DNA of 62,113 nt, counting the filler, from Malassezia furfur (Eukaryota): NCBI GenBank assembly GCA_052055015.1. It is 7 parts of 7 records of this genome, joined end to end, with 100 filler letters (N's around TTAATTAATTAA, not from the genome) between each part and the next. Parts side by side here need not be neighbours in the genome. Positions count along the whole stretch, not along the records: positions 26,895 to 35,657 come from JBQJIT010000448.1; positions 35,758 to 44,514 come from JBQJIT010000449.1; 5 more parts are not named here. One strand, 5' to 3'. The translations under genes and the position numbers were made by a program. Of this stretch, positions 31,747 to 40,702 are shown one piece after another. Numbering within the stretch: the first letter of the stretch is position 1; each line of letters starts with the position of its first letter. The notes under the pieces were generated by a model, which was not told the DNA's origin, ran no database searches, and saw only the letters and a list, made by a program, of their open reading frames with translations.

Positions 31747-32511
31747 ATGGTGCGCACCTTCTCGCAGGAGACGCCGTTCCCGTACCCCTGGACGGCGTGC
31801 GTACAGGCGTTTTTCCTGCGATACCCGAACCCGCAGGCGTCGCATGTGCTCACCGTCGACGTGCTTGACCGCCACGTCGAGCAGCGCGCGCCGCGGACAC
31901 CGCACGGCCCGCCGTCGTTCGTGCTGTGCACGTCGCGCCTGCTGCTCAAGCGCGGCTCCCTCCCGAGCTGGGCGCCGAAGAACATAATCAAGAATACCGA
32001 GGCGTGGGTGCTGGAAGAGAGCGAAGTCGATCTCTCGCCGCCCAGCCCGGACAACAGTGCGCCGCGCACCATGTCGATTTGGACGCGCAACCTGGACCAT
32101 ACGGCCGTGCTCGCCGTGACCGAGGGAATTCGCTTCACCGAGAACCGCGTGGACGTACCGACTCAGGCGCCGACGCAGTGCCTCACCGCCGCCGACGTGC
32201 GCTCGCAGGTGTCGTTCGGGCTCCTGCGCCGGCGCATCGAAAAATTCGGGCTGACCAGCTACTTGTCGCACAAGGACACCTCGCGCGAGGGGCTGTTCTG
32301 GTCCATTCAGAACCTCGCATACCTCCTGGAGCCATCGACAGCGATGCCCGTGCTGCAGCGCGCGCCGGAACGCTCCCGGACACGGCGCCTGCTCCACGCT
32401 CTGCGCCCGCCGTTCCTCGATGGATACCCCGTCGGCCCTATCCAGTGGGTCAAGCGGCGCTGGAAGCGCTGGCGCGAGGGCGAGTCGGCGCCACGCAGCG
32501 TGGATACATAA
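31747..32511 (+). CDS. UPS1: PRELI/Ups1-like mitochondrial lipid transfer protein
   Basis: YPW...AFFLRYPNP.ASHVL.VDVLDR, K.GSLPSW, WVLEES.VD, TRNLDH. Confidence 0.85.
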   Translation: MVRTFSQETPFPYPWTACVQAFFLRYPNPQASHVLTVDVLDRHVEQRAPRTPHGPPSFVLCTSRLLLKRGSLPSWAPKNIIKNTEAWVLEESEVDLSPPSPDNSAPRTMSIWTRNLDHTAVLAVTEGIRFTENRVDVPTQAPTQCLTAADVRSQVSFGLLRRRIEKFGLTSYLSHKDTSREGLFWSIQNLAYLLEPSTAMPVLQRAPERSRTRRLLHALRPPFLDGYPVGPIQWVKRRWKRWREGESAPRSVDT

Positions 32512-32521
32512 CTAATGTACA

Positions 32522-34499
32522 TTAGGAGATATGACTAGAGCGACATACGCGCAGGAGCAGCGACCGCGGCGACTCGATGCTCGAGACGCTCGTCTCGCCC
32601 GAGGTGTCGGCGGCGCGCATGCCCACAAACTCGACGCTCGTGTCGGGCGTGCCGGGTGCAGCCACAAGGGACGTCGACAGCTGCACGGTTGGGACGGGCC
32701 GAGGGGAATGCGGCGGGGCGCGCACCAACCCAAAGACGTCCGTGGGGGTCTCTGGCGGCACCGACGGCACCAGCGCCGTTCGCGGCGCCGGCACCGAGGA
32801 CGGCAGCTCCTTGCCGGGTCGAGCATCCGCACACACAGGCTTTCCCGGTGGTCCGCTGACGCGCACCGCCTCGCTACGCACCGCCTCGCTGCGCGCCGCC
32901 TCGCTGCGCGCTGCCCCTTTTTCCACTCGGAAGAACGCGGTGAGCGCCGGCTGGTCGGCGGCGCGCTTTTTTGCTCGGCGACGTCAGCTTGCGGCGCTGC
33001 TGCGCTTCGTACGTGCGGTACACGGCGCGCTCCGGCGTGCCGGCCGCAAGCAGAAGGCGCTCAGGGATCCACGCCCGCTGCACATCGGCCGATGCCGCGC
33101 CAGGCAGCTGAGCGAGGTAGGCGCCAGGGTCGTACGACACACGCACCTCGGTGCCAGCCGACGTCGTGCGCGTCGCGTGCGCCTGGAGCACACATGAGTG
33201 ACGCCGCGGCCGGGGGGGTGAGTGCGCCTGTACGCGCGCAAAGTACGCCGTAATCTCGCGCATGGGCGACGTCGTGGGGCTCGGCGCGCTGCGCCGGCCT
33301 TTGGATGGTGTCGTGGTGGTACGCCGCGTCGTGCGCGCGATGCCGGCAGCGGAACACGTCTCCAGACATGTGTCGTCGGGTGTCTGTGCATGCTGCTGCA
33401 ACTCTTGCACCAGTACGCCCGGAAACACGAGCCGCACAAACCGCTGCGCAAGCGTCGCCGACGTCCAGTGGAAGTGGGCAGCGACCACCGCCGCGAGGTC
33501 CCCCAGGTGGACTCGACCGCCCGTGCACATTTGCCGCGCGACGGCGGCGCGTGCAGGGTCGCGCTCCGAGGTGTGCGGCCATACGTAGCTCGCGAGCACA
33601 CGCCGCGCCTCGGCGGAGCACAGGAAATCGGGCGCGACGTCCGAGGCGAGTTTCGGCATGCGCCGAGGTAGGCGTCCGCTGGCGTTGGTCGCGAGCTCAC
33701 GACACAGCTCGACGCGCCACGCCGCGGCGTGTGCCGTCCAAGCTGCAGAAGGCTGCGTCGCATCGCGTTCGGCGTCATACGCTTCGCGAAAGCCGCGCAA
33801 GAGCCGCGTGCCGAGCCCGGTCTCGGCAAGGCCCACGGCGGTTTTGACGCCGCAGTGCAGCATGCCGCGGGGGTCGTAGTCGGCCCCAGCGTGCAAGGCG
33901 ACCAGGACCATGCCATCTGCGTCGAGCGCCCAGGTGCCGCGGCGTGTATCGTATACGGCAGCCCGGACAACAGCGTCGTCGTCCTCGGCGTCGTCTGCGG
34001 AGTCGTCGTCGCGCCACGCGTGGTTGCGCACGACCACCTGCGCACCAAACAGGAGCGCATCCACATCGTCAGTGAGCACGGCATCGAGGAGACCCGCGCG
34101 GTTCATCCATGCGAGCTCCGCCTCGGCCTCGCCGGGCGCCTTCCAATGGGGGAAGCGAAAGGCGTCGAGCATCGCACTAAACTGTTCCTGAATCGCGTGT
34201 GTTCCCGTGTATACGGCCGCGTCGCGCTTGAATGCAGGGCGCTGTGCCCCGTCCAGGACAAACACGGGCACAATCGGCAGGCGCAGGAGCCGCGCGAGCC
34301 GAAAAAAGAGTGCACGCAATGCGGGGTTCCTGCCCCCCTGCGCCTTGCGCGCGTGAAACAGCCACAGCGACGCGTCGATGCCCAGCCGGAGTGGGGCGTG
34401 GACATCTCCTGGCCTGTCCCAGTGCGCCCACGCGAGCTCCGCGAGCGTGCGGTCGACGCCCGCGTTCGCGAGCGCCGGCCACAGGCCAGGGACGCCCAT
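32522..34499 (-). CDS. XPG/Rad2-family nuclease (Yen1/GEN1-like); apparent frameshift in the A-run at 32967-32972
   Basis: MGVPGLW, GIDASLW, PVFVLDG, APGEAEAELA, TDDVDALLFGA, GADY. Confidence 0.85.
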
Positions 34500-34661
34500 C
34501 GTGTGGAGGCGCGCCGTTGGGGTAGGGAGTAGGGAGCGTAGCACCGTGCAAGGCTCCCGAATGGCCAGGGCAGCAGGGTGTCCTGCGTGCATCCCGCGGC
34601 AACACGCGTCGCCCGGGCGCCTTGCACGCTACGGCATCTATGCAGAGGTATATCAGGTGCG

Positions 34662-35471
34662 CTACGCACTGTCCTGCCCGTCCTTTTCGAGGTCGCGGCG
34701 ACGTGCGTCGAGCGTCGCGGCCAGCTCGCCGCCCCCTGCCTGCGACAGGATCCCCGCGAGCTGCTGCGCAGGCATCGACAGGAGCCCCACGAGCTGCGCC
34801 TGGAGCACGGGCAGGCTCGGCAGCTTGGTGAGCGCCGGGAGGCCGGACGCATCGACCGTCTTGCGTCGCTCAATCACGGCGGCGACGGGGGCGAGGCGCG
34901 GCGCCTTTTTCCCGCTCTGGGGATCGATCGCGTCGCGTGCCTTCTTGACGGGCCGCTCCATCGCACGGAGCACCTTGCCGATGTACTCCGGCGAAAGCAC
35001 CCGCGTAGTGAGCATCGCGATCTGCCCACGCAAGTACGGCTGGAGCTGCTGCACACACTCTGCCGGGTCGTTGCGGCACACGGGGCGCAGAATGCCCGTG
35101 CGGGCGGTGGTGAGCGTGGTGGGCGGCAGCGTCCACGCGCCGTCGTTGAGGGCGTCGAGACGCGCCTGGTCCTCCCGCGGGAACGGGACCGAGTGCATCT
35201 GCTTGCGCACGTTTTGCATGAGCGGAACACTCAGGTTTTCGGCCTCAAAGAGGATCACGAGCTCGCTCTCGCGCAAGAGGCGCTCGTACTTGGAGTAGAG
35301 GTACACTTTGCGGTCGCCGAGCTGCTTGCGCGTCTGCTGGTACGGAAGCACCTTGGGCACCTTCATCTTGACGGGCTTTGGCGGCGGCGCCGTCGCATAG
35401 GTGCGCACCGCTGTGCGCGCAGGCGCGCACAGCGTACGCAGTGCGCTCCACGCACCGCGTCCCACGTCCAT
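34662..35471 (-). CDS. MRPL11: Mitochondrial ribosomal protein uL10m
   Basis: Presequence; RKVYLYSKY, ARTGIL, KLPSL..LQAQLVGLL..PA. Confidence 0.8.
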   Translation of the reverse strand: MDVGRGAWSALRTLCAPARTAVRTYATAPPPKPVKMKVPKVLPYQQTRKQLGDRKVYLYSKYERLLRESELVILFEAENLSVPLMQNVRKQMHSVPFPREDQARLDALNDGAWTLPPTTLTTARTGILRPVCRNDPAECVQQLQPYLRGQIAMLTTRVLSPEYIGKVLRAMERPVKKARDAIDPQSGKKAPRLAPVAAVIERRKTVDASGLPALTKLPSLPVLQAQLVGLLSMPAQQLAGILSQAGGGELAATLDARRRDLEKDGQDSA

Positions 35472-35518
35472 CGTCGGTGCAAGTGCAGAGAGGAGGCCAT
35501 CACGTGACCCCCAGCACC

Positions 35519-35657
35519 ATGCGCGAGTGGCCGTGCGAGCTGGTGCCGGGCGTGCTGGACGCGCTGGCGTGGCGCGTCGGCGACCTCGCGGCGTGCTGCC
35601 GCGTGTCGCGCGTGTGGGGCGCGTGGGCGACGCCGCGGCTGTACGAGCGGCTGTGGC
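35519..35657 (+). CDS. N-terminal fragment of an F-box-like protein
   Basis: WPCELV..VL...DLAACCRVSRVW..WATPRLY. Confidence 0.7.
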
Positions 35658-35757
35658 NNNNNNNNNNNNNNNNNNNNNNNNNNNNNNNNNNNNNNNNNNN
35701 NTTAATTAATTAANNNNNNNNNNNNNNNNNNNNNNNNNNNNNNNNNNNNNNNNNNNN
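35658..35757. other. Artificial contig linker
   Basis: N44-TTAATTAATTAA-N44. Confidence 0.98.
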
Positions 35758-36587
35758 CATTGAGCTTGCCGAGCCGCTCGTAGTCCTCCACGGCGCCGAT
35801 GCCACACACGTTCTTGAGCACCTCGACGAGGATCACGACCTCGGGGTGTGCCAGGTCGGCGCGGTGCGCCGCCGAGTCCGGGATGCACGAGGCCACCAGG
35901 GGGATGAGCACGTCGCGCGAGAGCGACGTATGCGACCGGATGCGCGGCTCAATACGGTACTGCGTCAGCACAGAGGTACGCACCGTGCGCGGCCGCTCTG
36001 CCGTAAAGTAGCGCGGCAGCACCTGCGTCGCGGTCGCGCGGATCGCATCGACCTCGGCACGGCACAGCGCGTCGACCGGCGCGAGACGCTGCACGAAGCG
36101 CGAGCGCGACTCGCCCGTCTTGATCACGTCTTCCAGGACGCGCGCAACGACGCGCGCGGCGTCCACGGGCGGCGTGCACTGCACAAAGCACATGCACTCG
36201 GTATCCGTGTCGAGTGCCGTGACGCGCGCGGATTGCTTGCGCGGCGCACGCAGCGCAGCGAGCTCGCCGCGGATCTGCGCCTCGATGTCGTCCGCGGCGG
36301 GGGACGCCGCTGGAGCACCGGCCTTACTGTCCGTCTCCTTCTGCGCCTTAGCATCCTCTTCGCCATACAGCGCGGCACAGTGCTGTGTGAGTCGTGTGCC
36401 GTACCTCGGACAGGACCTCGACGAGATCCATCGCGGCCTTGCGCTCCTTGCCGCGCGCACACGAAATAAACACGCCGCTCGCGTCCGGCACATTCAGCAC
36501 GGTCGCGAGGCGGGTGCGGTGCCGCTGGTGCTCGCCGCCCTCGACGCGCCGGCGCTTGCTCGCGCGTCCTGAGCGCTCTGGCGGCAT
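35758..36587 (-). CDS. TAN1: THUMP-domain tRNA acetylation adaptor (3' truncated); introns 36383-36404 and 35960-35983
   Basis: GVFISCARGKERKA, DIEAQIRGEL, SRFVQRLAPV, DLAHPEVVILVEVLKNVCG. Confidence 0.88.
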
Positions 36588-36680
36588 GGGACAATCTTCG
36601 CAGGGAGCGGGCCTCCACACGCGCGTTGGGGAAAAAAAGGCGCGGGGGCCCACCAGAAGACTATGGCAGGGCGACACGCC

Positions 36681-39506
36681 CTAGACTAGGTAGCCGTGGT
36701 CCGTGAGCCAGTTGGCGACGTCCTTAGCATCGCGCGCGACCCACTGCGCACGCGCACGCACCGACTCGAGTGTCTGTGCGAGGCTCATGCTAAACACCGC
36801 CGTGTCCTGCGTCGCAAAGAACCGCTCGATATCCTTTGCGTCTTCCTCGCTCGTGAACGAGCTGGCCGACGCGCGGATGAGCTTCGCAAGCGAGAAGCTG
36901 CCGCCCAGCCGCTGCGAGACGTTTGCAAACTCGGCTTGGAACCGCACCCAGAACGGCCGCCGCGACGCGGGGTTCTCAGAGAGCGCGCGGAAGAAGCTGC
37001 CGAGGTCCTGCGTCTTGACCCGCGGGCTAAACACGAGATCGAGCGTGCGCTGCACGAGGCGCTTCTCGCGCACGTTGCTGAGCGCGGCCATCGCGGCCTC
37101 CTTGTGGTCGGGCGTCGCGGGATGCTCGTAGATACGCAGCGCGACGTCGTACGCCGACGCACCGCCGCGGCGCACCGCCTCGCTCAGCACGATGCCAAAG
37201 AGGTCGGGGTGGATGTGCCGGTCGTCGTCGGCGTCGCGCAGCGCCGCAAAGCGCGTGTCGATCTCGCGCATCGCCCACGAATCGCCCGCCGCCGCCGCCA
37301 TGCGCAGCGACGTCACACGCATGTTGCGTGTGTCGATGCTGTCGCCGTCGTCGACGTCGAACGACAGCGCACGGGCCGCGGGGCCGAAGAGGCCCAGGGC
37401 GAATGCATCGATCGCGCCACGCACCGCGTCGGGCTGCTCCCACCAGACGCTCGCGAGCTTCGCGACGTTGGCGGCGAGCACCTGGTTGATGAGCGCGCTC
37501 TGCTGCCCGCGGAGCGCCATGGACAGCGACAGCGCACTCGATGTGCGATTGTAGGTAGCCTGCGCGAGCTCCCACGCATCGCCGAGCAGCCCCGCGCGGT
37601 CTTCGTGAGAGAGCGGCGTGTGTGGCTGAGCCGCTGCCTCGCTCAGCCGGCGCAGATGCTCCGCGGTGTACGACACGCGGTAGACGCCCAGGGCGTCGGC
37701 GTTCAGCTTCCACGTGGAGTGCGTGGCGCGCGACAGAGGCACAAACGTTTCGCGCTCGCCGCTCAGCATCAGATCGTAGTGCGTGGTGGTGTTGTGCGCC
37801 GTGAACGTGCGGAGCGCGAGCGGGACGTGCCAGAGCGCCTCGTCTTCGTCCGGACGCACGTCGCCGGTCGACAGGAAGCGGTTCTGGCGCACGTAGAGGC
37901 CCTCGTCCGTCTCGCGCACGGTGAGCACCGGGAAGCCCGGCTGCTGCACCCACGCGGACATGATGGCGTCGACGTCGCGGCTGGACGCCTCGCTGATGCC
38001 GTCCCAGAGGTCGCGCGTGACCGTATTGCCGTAGAGGTGCTTCTGGAGGTAGCGGCTGACGCCGTCCAGGAATGTCTCTTCGCCGAGCATCTGCGACAGC
38101 ATGCGGAGGACGCTGGCGCCTTTGGAGTACGAGATCTCGTCAAACACCTGGTAGATGGCGTTCTCGAGACTGTCGCCTTCCATCGGCATCTCGATGGGGT
38201 GCGACGAGCGCTTGGCATCCAGCTCCATGGCGCCGCGCAGGTGGCCAGCCACAAAGCCGCGCGCGCTGTTCCACTCGGGGAAGACGCGCCCCATGATGAT
38301 CACCTCGCCCATAAAGGTCGCGAACGCCTCGTTGAGCCACAGGCCGTCCCACCACGCCATGGTCGCAATGTCGCCGAACCACATGTGCGCTACCTCATGA
38401 CTCGCGAGACTCGCGGTCGACTTCTTCCCGGCCAGGCCGCTCTTGGCGTCGTACAGGAACCCGGCGGTGCGCCCGGTGATCAGGCCCCAGTTCTCCATCG
38501 CATTCGCGTCAAAGTCGGCCACGACGAGCGTGTCGAGCTTCGGCAGGGGGTACGCAATGGAAAACAGGCGCTCGTACACCGGCAGGATCTTTTCCTTGAC
38601 CTCGAGCGCGTACGCGGCCTGGTGGATGTACTCGGGCGTGGCATACACGCGCAGCGGAACGACGCGGCCCGTGAGCGGCGACGTATACGACCCGCTGAGA
38701 TGGCGGAACTCGCCGTCGGCCCAGACGACGAGGTACGTCGACATTTTCGGCGTCACCTCAAACTCGGTCTCGACCCACGCAGCGTGGCCGAGGCGCACCT
38801 CGGCGAAGCGCAGCGTGTCGACGCCCAGGGCTTCGCGGACGCCTTGCCTGTCCAGAGGGCGCTCGCGGAGCACGGGCATGTTGGCCAGCGCCGTGGTGGT
38901 GCGGCGGTGGATCACGCGCATCTGGTAGGTCGCTTTGAGGTCCGGCTCGTCCCACGAGGGAAAGGCACGGCGTGCAGAGATCGGCGCAAACTGCGTAAAG
39001 GCATAGTTGGCTTTGTGCCCATTGTGCTCCCACGTCGACCGATAGTACCCTTTCATGCTATCGTCGATGTCGCCGCGGAAACCGATGGCCATGTACACTT
39101 GCGCGCCTTTGGGCGGTTTTGTGTCGATGGAGATGCGCGCGCGCTCTTGACGCGTGTCGACCACGGGCGCCGCGCAGTGCTGGGCGCCCTCCCAATACAC
39201 ACAGGCTTGGCTCAGATCCAGGTTAGCGCCTGCGTTGAATTCGACATGCCGCGTGGAATGCACAACATCCAGCGACACATTCACCGTGCCCTGGAACTTG
39301 AGGCGCTCTAGGTCCGAAAAGATGGTGAGGTCGTAGTGCGTCGGATGCAGGGTAGCCGGCAGCCGAAACGACTGCGTCGTGCTAGCGACGTCTGTAGCAT
39401 AGGGACGCGGGCCGAGCGCACCGAAAAAGTACTGCCAGAATGTGGTGGTCGTAAGAAGCACCCAGGTAGCCACTCCAGAGAGCGACACGTCGCTCGGCAC
39501 TACCAT
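36681..39506 (-). CDS. M1 zinc aminopeptidase, divergent paralog with hydrophobic N-terminus
   Basis: RLP, AFPSWDEP, NAMENWGL, HEVAH-x18-E, YSKG; colinear with the 40703-43549 copy. Confidence 0.93.
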   Translation of the reverse strand: MVVPSDVSLSGVATWVLLTTTTFWQYFFGALGPRPYATDVASTTQSFRLPATLHPTHYDLTIFSDLERLKFQGTVNVSLDVVHSTRHVEFNAGANLDLSQACVYWEGAQHCAAPVVDTRQERARISIDTKPPKGAQVYMAIGFRGDIDDSMKGYYRSTWEHNGHKANYAFTQFAPISARRAFPSWDEPDLKATYQMRVIHRRTTTALANMPVLRERPLDRQGVREALGVDTLRFAEVRLGHAAWVETEFEVTPKMSTYLVVWADGEFRHLSGSYTSPLTGRVVPLRVYATPEYIHQAAYALEVKEKILPVYERLFSIAYPLPKLDTLVVADFDANAMENWGLITGRTAGFLYDAKSGLAGKKSTASLASHEVAHMWFGDIATMAWWDGLWLNEAFATFMGEVIIMGRVFPEWNSARGFVAGHLRGAMELDAKRSSHPIEMPMEGDSLENAIYQVFDEISYSKGASVLRMLSQMLGEETFLDGVSRYLQKHLYGNTVTRDLWDGISEASSRDVDAIMSAWVQQPGFPVLTVRETDEGLYVRQNRFLSTGDVRPDEDEALWHVPLALRTFTAHNTTTHYDLMLSGERETFVPLSRATHSTWKLNADALGVYRVSYTAEHLRRLSEAAAQPHTPLSHEDRAGLLGDAWELAQATYNRTSSALSLSMALRGQQSALINQVLAANVAKLASVWWEQPDAVRGAIDAFALGLFGPAARALSFDVDDGDSIDTRNMRVTSLRMAAAAGDSWAMREIDTRFAALRDADDDRHIHPDLFGIVLSEAVRRGGASAYDVALRIYEHPATPDHKEAAMAALSNVREKRLVQRTLDLVFSPRVKTQDLGSFFRALSENPASRRPFWVRFQAEFANVSQRLGGSFSLAKLIRASASSFTSEEDAKDIERFFATQDTAVFSMSLAQTLESVRARAQWVARDAKDVANWLTDHGYLV

Positions 39507-39602
39507 GCGTGCGACACACCGAGCCTGGATGCAGTATCAAGGAGAGGCCCAAGCTTCTCGTGTGGAGTCTCCACAAAAGCTCGACCCGGCTGGCTCCACG
39601 GC

Positions 39603-40290
39603 ATGGACGACCCAGGCGGCGTGCGCGCGCTGCTCGCCAAGCTGCGGGAGCAGGACGATGCCGCGGCGAGAGCGACGTCGGCACCGCCGCGACAGGAGCC
39701 GCAGCAAGCCCGCCGGCCCTGGGCCGCGGCGCCGAAACGGTCGGCTTTTCTGCGCGACACCAGCGAAGATGCCTACGATCCATGGCAGCCTACGCTGCGC
39801 AGCCAGCCGACGTCCGCGCCGGCGAAGCCCAAAGACGATCCACGGAAAATGACATTTGCGGACGCGCTGCCGAAGCTCAAAGCGAGGATGAAGGACGCGG
39901 GCGTCGTCGCACAGTTACGAGACGTATGTGTGTGTCTCACCCAGATGCGCCAGGCACAGCATGCGCTCGAACGCACCTTGGCCAAGGAGCGCACGGATAT
40001 TATTGGGAGAGATGGGGAGAATCTGCGCGGGCCTGAGTATGTGATCGCACTCACGCAGCGGCGGACGCAACCAAGCACGGCATGCGCGCTGGCTATGGGA
40101 GGTGCTACGGCGCTGGGACGACCTTCAGCGTGCCCAGCAAATCACGATGGAAGAGGTGGGTGTGGTGCTGACGCAGCTTGGGCTCCCGCTGTTCTACGAG
40201 ACGAACGACCCCGAGGCGCTGTCGAAGCAGCGGCGCATGATCCAAGTGATCGACGAGATGATCGACGGCAGCCCATTACAAAGGACGTAG
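39603..40290 (+). CDS. Conserved fungal hypothetical protein (DUF2458-like); introns 39924-39944, 40037-40058, 40156-40176
   Basis: MTFADALP, Q..LER.L..ER, WDDL...QQ..ME.LGLPLFYETND after splicing. Confidence 0.7.
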
Positions 40291-40702
40291 GGGCGATGGG
40301 CCGGGCATGTAGTTGTACGGCGTGCTACGAGTACGAGGTGGATGGCTGGCGCCCCCGCGTGTGTGCTGCGGTGCGTTGCCGGCGTGCTGCGCATGGGGCG
40401 TGGCTCTGGCGCCACGTTGACATGTCGTGGACCCCATGCGAAGGCCACGCGAATGCGGGGTTTTGCCCACCAATCATACGCATGACGTAAGGCGTAGCCC
40501 GGTCGGCACGATCCTCGCGATTGCCTATCTTCCGCCCTGTGGGTACGTATCGTCGGCCTGACTAATCTGTGTATGATCGGCTGGCGAGGAGCATCCACAC
40601 TCTCAGCCCGTATCTCGAACAGCGTTCTTCTACGCAGCAAGCCGTTGACGACTGTCTCCCCTTCGCGCCGAGAGCTTTTCCCCAAGGTGCGCAGACTTCG
40701 AC

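Noticed and set aside
36696..39311. Long antisense or alternate-frame ORFs (also 5397-7676, 19125-21236, 24328-26433, 30313-32397, 60986-62065)
   Set aside because: These are shadow ORFs expected from very high GC3. They mirror recognisable genes on the other strand and have no motifs.
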